NCBI GenBank assembly: GCA_964480955.1 | Contig: CAYZRW010000007.1 | Coordinates: 827-64,826 of the forward strand | Length of the DNA stretch: 64,000 bases | Origin: an uncultured Candidatus Bathyarchaeia archaeon | Lineage (GTDB): Archaea; Thermoproteota; Bathyarchaeia; 40CM-2-53-6; RBG-13-38-9 | Direction: 5' to 3' | Shown: positions 38,862 to 48,700 of the stretch, piece after piece | How the letters are laid out: every line of letters starts with the position of its first letter | How positions within the stretch are numbered: position 1 is the first letter of the stretch | The notes under the pieces: generated by a model | The model's input: the letters and a program-made list of their open reading frames with translations, nothing else | Told to the model about the DNA's origin: nothing | The model's database searches: none | Translations under genes and position numbers: made by a program

Positions 38862-40097
38862 TCAGGTCCTGAAGACTTGGACTGTTACAGTTCCGCCAGT
38901 CGCGCCTACATTATGGATAAGCCCTGTCTCAGCGTTTTCAACCTGTCTCTTTCCAGCCTCGCCCCTCAGCTGTTTGTATACCTCATTTATCATTGCGACA
39001 CCTGTAGCGCCTATCGGATGGCCTTTCGCTTTGAGACCACCGTCAGTGTTTATCGGAATCTCACCGTCGAGTGATGTCCTTCCTTCCTCTGCGGCCTTGC
39101 CGCCTTCTCCTCTCTTGAAGAAACCCAGGTCTTCAGTGGCCAGCATCTCAGCGACAGTGAAACAGTCATGCACCATCGCCAAGTCGACGTCCTTGGCTTC
39201 GATCCCCGCCATTTGATAAGCCATTCTTGAGGCCTCAGCAGAAGCGGGAACGGATGTAAGGTCAGATCTATCATGAAGGGACATTGTTCCCGAGGCGTGG
39301 CCAAGCCCTGAAAGATAGACTGGTGCGTCAGTGTATCTCTTGGTGTCTTCAGAAGCTGTGATTATTATAGCCGCCCCACCGTCACTGATCGGTGAGCAAT
39401 CGAAGAGCCTTAGGGGAAAAGCTACCATGGGGTTGACTGGAGATCTGAGAAACTCTAAAGGATCTTTAAAGGATAGACCTTGTCTTGACCCTATTCTGTT
39501 TCCCAGCTCCACGACCTCAGACTGATACTGCGCCTTTGGATTCATGGTTGCATTGTGATGGTTCTTCACGGCTATGGCGGCAAGTTGCTCCCATTTCGAA
39601 CCGTACTTTCTGAAGTGGGCGTTAGCCATCATCGCATAGAGTGCTGGATTGGTCACGCCTGCAGGGTAGTCGTAGGCGATGTCGACCCCAGACATAAGCG
39701 CCTCTGTCATCGTCTCAGTCTTCAGAGTGGACATCTTCTCGACCCCCCCAACCAATACCGTATCATACAATCCTGAGGCGACTCCGAGGGCCGCTACCTC
39801 GACTGCCGTTGACGAGCTGGCGCACGCGGTCTCAATGCGATATGAAGGCACTGGAAGCAACCCAGTCCAGTCGGCCATCAAAGAGGCGTAGTGAGATTGG
39901 TGCTCAAAAAACTCGGCGACCGTGTTACCTACAACAAGTGCATCTATGTCCTTGGTAGATATTCCCTTATCGACAGAACTCAGGCTCTCATTTACGGCCT
40001 CAGCAAATATCTCACGACTGTTCTTATCTTGGTGCAGTGAGTGGTGGAACCTTGTCATTCCGCCACCCACTATAGCCACACCCCTTGCAAGTCCCAG
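38862..40097 (-). CDS. Thiolase family protein, second paralogue (probable CTG start)
   Basis: ETACASS, HDCFT, GGLKAKGHPIGATG; CTG 40097 follows a GAGGTGA SD and aligns with Met1 of the paralogue at 11362. Confidence 0.9.
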   Translation of the reverse strand: MGLARGVAIVGGGMTRFHHSLHQDKNSREIFAEAVNESLSSVDKGISTKDIDALVVGNTVAEFFEHQSHYASLMADWTGLLPVPSYRIETACASSSTAVEVAALGVASGLYDTVLVGGVEKMSTLKTETMTEALMSGVDIAYDYPAGVTNPALYAMMANAHFRKYGSKWEQLAAIAVKNHHNATMNPKAQYQSEVVELGNRIGSRQGLSFKDPLEFLRSPVNPMVAFPLRLFDCSPISDGGAAIIITASEDTKRYTDAPVYLSGLGHASGTMSLHDRSDLTSVPASAEASRMAYQMAGIEAKDVDLAMVHDCFTVAEMLATEDLGFFKRGEGGKAAEEGRTSLDGEIPINTDGGLKAKGHPIGATGVAMINEVYKQLRGEAGKRQVENAETGLIHNVGATGGTVTVQVFRT

Positions 40098-40169
40098 TCA
40101 AATCACCTCGAGCCGCAGACTAGTTATCTTTACCTAGCCATCTTCAGAGTTCTCCTGAGGAATTCTCAT

Positions 40170-41126
40170 CTAGAGGGGGACCTCTATCAGGAGACGTTCC
40201 AGAAGCTCTTTGTATCTGTTACGGATTGTTACTTCAGTCACGTTGGCTATCTCAGCAATCTCTCTTTGGGTCTTTCTCTCGTTCGTAAGGACCGTAGCCA
40301 CGTAGGTTGCGGCAGCGGCTATTCCTGTGGGGCCTCTACCGCTCGTCAACTTCATCCTCTTTGCAGTCTCAAGAATCCCTATTGCTATGGCCTCGGCCCT
40401 CCCAGAGATTATTAGTTTGTTCGAGAATCTTGCAGCGTAATGTCTGCTGGTTGAAGGTGGCACGAATGTTTCAAGCTCCCTAACCATGAATCGGTAGCTT
40501 CTTCCAATATCCTTCTTGTTTAGATTTGCTGCTCCAGCGATTTCATCAAGAGTTCTGGGGATACTGCATTGTCGACAGGACATGTAGATTGCCGCGGCTG
40601 TGACGTTGTGTATTGACCGCCCTCTTATCAACCTCTTCTTTATTGCCTTCCTATAGATTACAGATGCTGTTTCTAGGATGTTCTTTGGCAAGTTAAGTGT
40701 TGATGAGAGCTTGCTCAAGTCGGATAGGGCCACCGCAAGATTTCTTTCGGTAGCATCCGAAACGCGGACTCTTCTCTGCCACTTCCTCAAAGCGTAAAGC
40801 TCGATCCTTTGCGCGGAAGTCAATCTCTTTCCTGAGGAGCGTCTGTCACGCCAGTCTATTACTGTAGAGAGCCCTTTGTCGTGGATCGTATACGTCATGG
40901 GTGCGCCCACCCTTGTTCTTCTGGCCCTCTGTTCATCATCGAAGGCTCGCCACTCAGGGCTGGAGTCAGCCAGCTTTTCCAGTATGACGCACCCACAGTC
41001 CATGCAGACTACTTCTGCGGCGTCATAATCTTTCATAAGTCTTAATCCGCCGCATTCAGGACAGACCCGAACCTTATGACTTGTAGTTTCAACTTCACTA
41101 GATACTGGATTCTCTTCTTCCGACAC
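40170..41126 (-). CDS. tfb: Transcription initiation factor IIB
   Basis: CPECG..CMDCG Zn ribbon, PEWRAF, HDKGLST, two cyclin repeats, TEVTIRNRYKEL. Confidence 0.97.
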   Translation of the reverse strand: MSEEENPVSSEVETTSHKVRVCPECGGLRLMKDYDAAEVVCMDCGCVILEKLADSSPEWRAFDDEQRARRTRVGAPMTYTIHDKGLSTVIDWRDRRSSGKRLTSAQRIELYALRKWQRRVRVSDATERNLAVALSDLSKLSSTLNLPKNILETASVIYRKAIKKRLIRGRSIHNVTAAAIYMSCRQCSIPRTLDEIAGAANLNKKDIGRSYRFMVRELETFVPPSTSRHYAARFSNKLIISGRAEAIAIGILETAKRMKLTSGRGPTGIAAAATYVATVLTNERKTQREIAEIANVTEVTIRNRYKELLERLLIEVPL

Positions 41127-41138
41127 AAGCCACTACCA

Positions 41139-41366
41139 CTAGTCTGAGTAGGCTACCTTCCCAACAAAAGAAGATGGGTCAGAAACCGTTGGAGATATGG
41201 AGATGAATGGGTTGGCGACTGGCCCGAAGAGATCTTGGATCTTCCCAACCTCTCTGAGCTTGCTGTCAAAGACTTTCTGTCCAAGCTTCAGAGGCACATC
41301 AGCGTAAAGCTTCACTATTAGGTTACCACTCTTTGAGAGATGAAGAATCTTGTTGAGCCTCTTCAA
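41139..41366 (-). CDS. gar1: H/ACA RNP protein Gar1/Naf1
   Basis: MKRL.KILH....G.LIV, V.D.....VGKI.D.FGPV.NPF; gar1-tfb adjacency. Confidence 0.85.
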   Translation of the reverse strand: MKRLNKILHLSKSGNLIVKLYADVPLKLGQKVFDSKLREVGKIQDLFGPVANPFISISPTVSDPSSFVGKVAYSD

Positions 41367-41462
41367 TGATTCACACTCGCTAAATGAGTGAGCAATCGAA
41401 GTGGATAAGAAAATATATTAAGATAGCGTTTATCTCAGCTAACTACATTCCAATTCCTTCAT

Positions 41463-41627
41463 TCCCTGAAGCTACGGAGAGCCTAATCGATACGCACGCT
41501 TGAGGGTCTTGCCGAAGTCAACGCAGCGAAGACCTCCAGAGTCATTACCATAGATTGATGAGCAAAGTGACCTCAACCCGCCTTGGCCTACATATGACTC
41601 TGAAATCCGAGTGTGGAGGCTGAGGGA
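41463..41627 (+). ncRNA. Candidate structured ncRNA (possibly an H/ACA or K-turn RNA)
   Basis: Nested stems CACGCTTG/CGAGTGTG, GAGGGTCTT/AAGACCTC, CAGAGTCAT/ATGACTCTG; TGATGA motif; G-U pairs favour the + strand. Confidence 0.4.
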
Positions 41628-41641
41628 CTAGGTTCTCAGGG

Positions 41642-43666
41642 TTATGTCTGGTGGTCCCACCCTAGGTGAACTGGATTGCCAGTCCCGTCGTCTGGACGGA
41701 GACCGGAAGCTTCCCGTTCCAGTATTCTCTTGAACTCTTCAGACCTCAACGTATCGAGAAACATCTTTACAGAGTTCTTGTGCATGCGCTTCCTGTTAAC
41801 CGCAAAGTCGAATCTTTCGAGTGAATGGGGTATGAAGTCTAGGCAGTTCTGCTCCGCAACGGCTCTAATGCCAAAGCCCACATCAACCCTGCCATGGAGA
41901 ATAGCTGAGGCAACAGCGCTGTGAGACTTGGACTCCAACTCATAACCTTCCATCTGTTCAGTGATGTGTTCAACGGGCAATCCCTTCTTCTTTGCGACGG
42001 CGGCAAGATTCATGTCTACAAGGATTCTGGTCCCTGAACCTACGTTGCGGTTGATGAAGGTAACTCCTGGTCGAAGAAGGTCCTCAAAACCTAGGATTTT
42101 CTTCGGGTTGCCTCTTGCCGTGATGAATCCTTGCTCGCGAGCGTAACCTCTTATCAAGATGACTTGGTCCTTGAGACCAAACCTTTCGATGAAGGGCACG
42201 TTGTAATCTCCAGATTTCTCGTCCAGAAGATGTATCCCAGCTATATCTGCCTCGCCTCTCTTCAGTGCATGAAGGCCGCCGAGAGACCCGACGTTTATGA
42301 TCTTGGCTGAGATCTGTCTCCCATACTGAGACATGACTCTGATCAGGACATCTATACCGACACAGTGGCTCCCGATTACAACTAGGTCTGGAACTTTGAT
42401 GTTTGGGCTGAACAGGTGAATCTGAACCCTTTCTCCTTCACTCAGCATGTCTCTGTCGGCCGGGATCTTTATGAAACCGTCTGCTAGCGCGTAAGAAGTT
42501 ATCGCTCCGGATCCGCTGAGGACAGGATAGGCAAGGCACCGTCCAGACTCGTCGGTAACCAAATGTACAGGCAACAGCTCCTGTCTACCTCCAACAGAGA
42601 AGGTCTTGAAAGCAACCTCAGCCTCAACCGTGCTCTCACTCAGGGCGGAGTCAATTCCAGCCAAACCCCTTATTATCGGCTCAACTATTGCATGGAATAC
42701 CATCAGAGCAGACGTTGGGTTTCCCGGCAGCGCAAACAAAGGCTTCCCCGCGACCAGTGCTGCGAGCGCAGGTTTTCCTGGTTTCACAGCCAAGCCGTCG
42801 GCTATTATCTGAGAGCTTTCCAAGGATGAGATTATTCTCGGGAGAAGATCCCTTCTTCCCGCGGAGGTGCTGCCTGACGTCAGAACGATATCTGCTTTCC
42901 CAAGAGCATCTCTCAAGGTCTCGGATATGGCCTTCTCATCGTCAGGGGCTATACCGAGCATGAACGGTGTTCCGCCGGAGTCTAAAACGGCCGTGGCCAA
43001 AGCAAAAGCGTTTATGTCATATATCTTTGATCTGGCCAAGGTCAACCCGGGTTCAATCAACTCGTTGCCCGTGGAGATTATTGCAACTCTGGGCCGACCG
43101 CGAACTTCAACAGTTCTCTTGCCCAAGGCCGCTAGAATACCGACCTCTCGTGACGTAATTATTTGACCTCTTCTAAGCAAGAGTTCGCCAGCCATAATAT
43201 CTGAGCCTGCAGCCATCACGTTCTCCCCTGGTATGACGGAGCTGAAGACCTCAACCTTCTCACCTGAACCTCTAGTGTGTTCAACCATCACAACAGCGTC
43301 GGCCCCGACTGGAAGGGCTGCTCCTGTAGCGATCTCTGAGGTCTCATCATCCTTTAACTTGAAGTCTGGAACATCGCCGGGCTCGACACGACCAATCAAT
43401 TTCAAAACTCTGGGTTCAACTTCGTTCGCTCCGAAGGTGTCTTGAGCCCTTACTGCATATCCGTCCATCGTTGCCCTATCAAAGCTTGGAACATCTATTG
43501 ACGAGATGATATCCCCTGCTAAGACACGGCCCAGTGAGTATTCTATGCCAACATCTTGGCTTGGTACGCTAATATTGATCTTAGATTCAAGCATGGATCC
43601 TACTTGATCCAGCGTCATCAAGGTTCTGAAGACCTTTCGACCACTCAAGGTACTTCCACACTTCAA
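41642..43666 (-). CDS. moeA: Molybdopterin molybdotransferase MoeA fused to a PBP/LysR-substrate domain
   Basis: P.FDRATMDGYAV, IATGA.LP.GADAVVMVE, STGNEL, KPGKP, LPGNP; C-terminal GSHC, GSLGGL, FINRN.GSGTR; start may be TTG 43648. Confidence 0.93.
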   Translation of the reverse strand: MKCGSTLSGRKVFRTLMTLDQVGSMLESKINISVPSQDVGIEYSLGRVLAGDIISSIDVPSFDRATMDGYAVRAQDTFGANEVEPRVLKLIGRVEPGDVPDFKLKDDETSEIATGAALPVGADAVVMVEHTRGSGEKVEVFSSVIPGENVMAAGSDIMAGELLLRRGQIITSREVGILAALGKRTVEVRGRPRVAIISTGNELIEPGLTLARSKIYDINAFALATAVLDSGGTPFMLGIAPDDEKAISETLRDALGKADIVLTSGSTSAGRRDLLPRIISSLESSQIIADGLAVKPGKPALAALVAGKPLFALPGNPTSALMVFHAIVEPIIRGLAGIDSALSESTVEAEVAFKTFSVGGRQELLPVHLVTDESGRCLAYPVLSGSGAITSYALADGFIKIPADRDMLSEGERVQIHLFSPNIKVPDLVVIGSHCVGIDVLIRVMSQYGRQISAKIINVGSLGGLHALKRGEADIAGIHLLDEKSGDYNVPFIERFGLKDQVILIRGYAREQGFITARGNPKKILGFEDLLRPGVTFINRNVGSGTRILVDMNLAAVAKKKGLPVEHITEQMEGYELESKSHSAVASAILHGRVDVGFGIRAVAEQNCLDFIPHSLERFDFAVNRKRMHKNSVKMFLDTLRSEEFKRILEREASGLRPDDGTGNPVHLGWDHQT

Positions 43667-43716
43667 GATCTATAAATGAAGAAGCTGTTAATAATGGGTG
43701 GACCCTCGATCCGTAT

Positions 43717-44025
43717 CTAGGCCATTGTGGCCCTGAGGCGTTTGACCTCCTCAGCCAAATGTGTGAGAAGGGTCCTTTTACTCATTTCAGACCTTTCAAC
43801 TACTAGATGCCCAGCTTTCTCCCACCATGAACATGGTCTGGAGGACCCTTTGACAACTTCAAATCTCAGGCCCAGACTCTCTGCGGCACTTGAGAGCTCC
43901 TGTAGCTTTGGTGAGTTGACGCAGAGGCCCCTGGGAATCTTCCTGCCCTGTCCTAGTGTTCTTGCAGAGTCAATATTGACTGGCCAGACTACAGCCTTGC
44001 CCGGCTGCTTCAAGGTTGCATCCAT
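43717..44025 (-). CDS. srp19: Signal recognition particle 19 kDa protein
   Basis: VVWPVNIDS..T..QGRKIP.......P...EL..AA..LGL, P..WW. Confidence 0.9.
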   Translation of the reverse strand: MDATLKQPGKAVVWPVNIDSARTLGQGRKIPRGLCVNSPKLQELSSAAESLGLRFEVVKGSSRPCSWWEKAGHLVVERSEMSKRTLLTHLAEEVKRLRATMA

Positions 44026-44029
44026 CAGG

Positions 44030-44419
44030 TTACCGTGGTTTCAGAAGGATGGCGTTCACAACGCCTTGTTGCCCGGGCCTCGAGGTCACACGGGCTTGCC
44101 CAATGGGGGTCTCTATTATTGAACCCTTGGTTAGGATCCCCCTTCTTGCAAAGTCCACATTGGAGGGGGTCTTGACTACACGTGTGATCTCAACTTTCTT
44201 GGTTACGTGGCTTGAAGGGTCTGTGACATTTACAATGTTAGACGCAAGAAGTTTGATCTTGACATTCCCACCGTAAGTCCTGGATTCAGCTCGTCTGACC
44301 TCGCCAACAGCTGTCTCTACGGGTTCTCCTCCAGTCTCGAATGCTCTCTTCCCTCTATAGGCTCTCCGTCTCCCGCCAGACTTCTTGCGTTTTGTTAGGC
44401 CGCCGTGCCATTGAGGCAT
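44030..44419 (-). CDS. rps8e: 30S ribosomal protein S8e
   Basis: MPQWHG...KRKKSGG, RTYGGN.K, ILTKG.IIET..G.ARVTSRPGQ.GVVNAIL; ATG at 44419. Confidence 0.96.
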   Translation of the reverse strand: MPQWHGGLTKRKKSGGRRRAYRGKRAFETGGEPVETAVGEVRRAESRTYGGNVKIKLLASNIVNVTDPSSHVTKKVEITRVVKTPSNVDFARRGILTKGSIIETPIGQARVTSRPGQQGVVNAILLKPR

Positions 44420-44515
44420 TTCTTTCCTACACCCTTGAGGTTTGAGAGTCACCACATTTGTGACTCATATAAGGATTATGCAGTCACTTTTGATTTCGAG
44501 TTCCTACGTCACGAT

Positions 44516-45130
44516 TCAGTCTTCATTGTGTAGCTGATTGGTTGGGGGCTGAGCCTTAAAGGGTCTAGTGTTTTTGGCCTTCAATTGCTCAAAGACCTTC
44601 TCTAGCTGGCGTTTCATGATTCTAGAGTCGCTGCTCAAGTTGAAGTAGTCAGCAAACGTGTTGGTCGTTCTCAATATCTTGGTCCTGCCAAGGCGTTCTT
44701 CCGAGACCAGACCTTTGTCACATAAGGTTCTGATGTGGCCGTAGGCTAGGTTCCCCCTTACCTTGACGACATAGGCCTGTGTGACAGGTTGCTTGACAGC
44801 TATGAAGGAGAGGGTTCTGAGCGGGCCTCTTGTCAGAAGCTTCTTCGTGACTAGTCTCATTACTCCTCGAACGAGGTCTGGACGCAGCTGCATTACGTAT
44901 CTTCCGTCTTGAAGTCTCAACAATTCCAGGGCGCCGTTCATCTCCTTGTACCTCATTACGAGTTTGTCGGCCAAGACCCTGACAGTCTCCTTCGATCTTG
45001 CCTTGGTGAGAGTGGACAAGGTTTCTAGGTCGAGGGGTCTTCCAGCCGCGTAGAGGGCTGCCTCGATCAGGTCGATCTGATGTTTCTCTTTAGTGCCCGT
45101 AATCACGCGGGTCTGTTCCAGTGTCTTCAC
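44516..45130 (-). CDS. scpB: Segregation and condensation protein B
   Basis: IEAALYAAGRPL, LRTLSFIA.KQPVTQ....KVRG, TT..F.DYFNL. Confidence 0.93.
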   Translation of the reverse strand: MKTLEQTRVITGTKEKHQIDLIEAALYAAGRPLDLETLSTLTKARSKETVRVLADKLVMRYKEMNGALELLRLQDGRYVMQLRPDLVRGVMRLVTKKLLTRGPLRTLSFIAVKQPVTQAYVVKVRGNLAYGHIRTLCDKGLVSEERLGRTKILRTTNTFADYFNLSSDSRIMKRQLEKVFEQLKAKNTRPFKAQPPTNQLHNED

Positions 45131-45785
45131 CAGGTTCAGCCACCTTGATCTTTATGTCGCCGCACATCTCGTCCTGCAACAGCCTGATTCTTCCATTCGT
45201 TGCTAGAAAAAGAACAAGAAGAAAAGTCCTCACCACCTCTTGGATACTCATCTTCAGCGTAAGTAGCCTGAAGGAGATCTCTTCTCCACGCTTGTAGTCA
45301 TGGACGAGTCTATGGTATAGGTCCTCTAGATGCCCTTGAATATTTGTGATGAAGTCGTCGAGCGCCTCAACGACAGGTGTTGGCCTCAGGTTTGGAACAT
45401 CTCTGGAGAGAAGTCGAATCTCGCTCAGAAGAACTTCTTCGAGCGCGGTCAAGACCTCGACCAGGGAAGTCGCGGTATATTCAAACCTCATTGGAAGGGG
45501 GAGGGGCGGCGGGATATCCTCTTGGGGTCTCTGAATTGGAGGTTTGGGCGGGTCCTCCATCTTAAGCACCAACTCCGACTTCATTCTGTGTATTATCGAT
45601 GAACTCAAGAGTGCGGTCCCTGAGGCTGAGAAGTCTATGTGACCTCTTGCCTTCATCTCAGCCAGAAAAGTGTTTAGGAGGTTGGCTATGTTCACGTCCC
45701 AAGGCTTGATCCGGTGTAGCTTCAAGAGGTCGAAGAGGATGTAGTGGGGGGGCGACATCCAGAAGGGCTTCTCAGGTTCTGTCAT
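45090..45785 (-). CDS. scpA: Segregation and condensation protein A (kleisin)
   Basis: IKPWDVNI, SGTALLSSS.I.RMKSE, VRTFLLVLFLA..G.I.L.Q. Confidence 0.9.
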   Translation of the reverse strand: MTEPEKPFWMSPPHYILFDLLKLHRIKPWDVNIANLLNTFLAEMKARGHIDFSASGTALLSSSIIHRMKSELVLKMEDPPKPPIQRPQEDIPPPLPLPMRFEYTATSLVEVLTALEEVLLSEIRLLSRDVPNLRPTPVVEALDDFITNIQGHLEDLYHRLVHDYKRGEEISFRLLTLKMSIQEVVRTFLLVLFLATNGRIRLLQDEMCGDIKIKVAEPGEDTGTDPRDYGH

Positions 45786-48700
45786 CGGTTCGGGCCTCCG
45801 GTTTTGGTAGTGATACTACTTGGGAGAAGCCGTCTTGTATGAATATTCCATAGACACCGTCAGCCCTCGAGATCGTTGTGTCTTTGAGTGAGACCACTAT
45901 GAACTGGGAGTTGGTTGATCTTTCCTTGAGCAGGTCGGCCAGCCTTTGAGAGTTGACCATGTCTAGGTGGGCGTCTATCTCATCGAATATGTAGAAAGGC
46001 ATTGGGTGTATTGCTTGAAGGGCAAGTAGAAAGCAGACTGTGGCTACCGATTTCTCACCTCCACTTGCGCTACCTATCGAGAGCTCTGCCTTTCCTGGAA
46101 AGGCCAGATGCATATCGACCCCTCCACTAAAGATCTCTTCCGGATTCTCAAGAACAAGTCCCCCTCTGCCGCCATCAGTGATCTTTGAGAAGATCTCGTT
46201 GAAATTGTGATTTAACCTCTCAAAGACGCTCATGAATGTCTCGCGTTTCTTCTGTTCCAGCTCTTCCATGAACTTCAAGATAGATTGCTTCTCCTGCTCA
46301 AGCTGGTTTATTCTGATAGAGAGCTGCTTGTAGTTGTTCTTCTGTTCCTCATAGTGTGTGACGGCAAGCTCGTTTATGGCTCCAATCTGTTGAAGTTCAT
46401 TCCTCAATGTTGAGAGGTGGGTCTCAACCATCTTTGGGTCTACGGGAGGAGTTTCGATGGGGCCTTCGAATCCAAGTCTGCCGAGTTCTCCAAACAGGTA
46501 GTTTTCTTCAAGTTCTTTCCTGTTGAGTTCAAGTCTCAGCATTGTCAGGTTTGAGCTTAACGGCTCTATTTCTCTCTCAATCTTCTGGATGGATTCATTC
46601 AGTTCGTTCAACTCGGATTGGACCTTGACGTTGCCCTGTTTGAGGGATTCCAGTGAGTTTAGGAGGTTTTCTCGCTCCAATGTTGCTTCGGAGAGCTTGA
46701 AGGTCCAGCTTTCAAGCTCCTTTTCTGCAGATTCGATACTGGACGCGACTTCCCGTCCTCTTTCTTGAATGTATCTTGCCTGGTCCTTTGCTCGCTCCAA
46801 GACCTTGGCTTTCGACTGTATTGATGTTTCCAAACTTGAGATTCGTGAGTCGACTATGGCCTTCTTTCTCTTGAGCTGATTCAACTCTTCCCCTAGGATT
46901 GAATGTTGTTTTTCGGTCTCATTGATCTTATCTGACCTTGCAGCGTATCTTAGGGTGGACTTCTCATCCTCAAGTCTTCTCAGAGTCTGCTCTAGCTCAG
47001 ACTTCCTGTTTATGAATAGTTGGAGTTTCTCACGGTCTCTTTCTGTGTGATCTTGCAGGGAAACAAGGGTTTGGTCTGTCCTTGAAATCTCCTCATTTGT
47101 CAGTTGGATTCTGTCTTGTACTGCTTCGGTTTCCCTGCTAATTGTGCTTATAGTATTCTGTATCTCTGTTCTTTCTTCTCTTAACTTCTCAATCTCTGAG
47201 TCGAGTCTTTCAAGGGATGATTTGCCCTTCTCAATGAGGTTTGTTAGCGAAGCAACTGTTTTCTCGAGGTCATGAAGGGATTCTGTCCTCGGTGCCATTG
47301 AGCCTATGTCAAGAGGTTCTCTGTAGTATCCTCCTTCGAGGCCGCCTCTTGGTTCGTACAGGTCCCCAGTCAGGACCACCGCTCTAAATCCTTTGAGGGA
47401 TGATAGGTAGGCGGCTCTTTGACTGTTTGTGACTATTGTGTCTCCGAGGACGAAGTTAACCGCCGCCTCAAGTGATTCATCATACCTCACGCAGTCTATC
47501 ATCCTTTTCGTCACCCCCTCGATATTGGGGGGTTCAGCTACTGCCGGGGTGCTGGCCACCATGTCTAAGGGAATTATCTTGATCCGGCTGAGCTTGCGGT
47601 GTTTGAGGCATTCTATGCAAGAGATGGCGGCAGCGATGTCTTTGACCACAAGCGAATTCAGCCAATCCGCGCAGGCTGCGTGGAAGGCTCTCTCGTATCC
47701 TTTGTCGAACTGGACTAGATCCCTGAAGCAGCCTACAATGTTGTGCAGGATTCCTGACGAATGTAGCTCCTCAATCTCGGATATGGCCGTCTCTTCCGGA
47801 GCCAGGACCTCTAAAGCCTTCTTCCTAGCCTTAAACTCGAGTATCGATTCGTCAGCCGTCTCGGCGGTTTCTGAGACCTCATCTACTTCCCTTCGCCTCC
47901 CTTCTTTCATAGATAGGTGTTGGCTCATTATTCGGTCGAGCTGACTCAGCCTCTCCTCTTGATGTGCCCTAAGCTTTCCAAGTTCCTCAAGCCTCTTTTG
48001 CATCGCTCCCAGGGATGTTCGGAGTTCAGAACCACGTTCTTGAAGGGTCTTCAGCTGGTTCTGAACCATGGTTAGCCTGGTCGATTCAGCTTCGATCTGG
48101 GAATTGATCTTGATAAATTCCTTGGTTGCCAGTTCGAGTTCTCCCTCAACATTCTCTAGGTTCTTGGATGTTTCTGTTAGTCCGCCTCTGAATTCTTGGA
48201 GTTGCTTGGAGAGTTGGAGGAAGTTGACCTCCCTCTCCTCAAGAAGTCCCTCTAGCTCATGTCTTTCGTCTCTGAGTCTGAGCAACTCGGCTTCCGCAGA
48301 GTCAAGTTCACTTGCATGTTGGCTTGTCTCTTGTTCTAAGTCTTCCGTCTGCTTCTTGAGAATCTGAAGATTCAGCTTCTTGGCTTCGATGTTTGCCTTG
48401 AGCCCCCCTATCTCGGAGTTTACCTCGGTCAGGTACCTTTGGAGCTCGTGTATCTTCTGGCCGCCACTATCAAGCAGTCTTTCTTGAAGGCTCCTCATAT
48501 CCTGTTCGAGTTGAAGTCTTGAGGTTGAGAGCTTGTCTCTGTCACTTCTCAGGTTCTTGAGCCGAGACTCTTTGAGTTCAGCCTGTTCCTTGATGGCTTC
48601 AATCTCCTTTTTCAAGACCGCGAGCTTACTCGAGATTGTCTGTGCTTGGAGTCTCGTGATCTCCTTCGTCAGGAGCGAGTGTCTCAAGAAGTCGTTCCTC

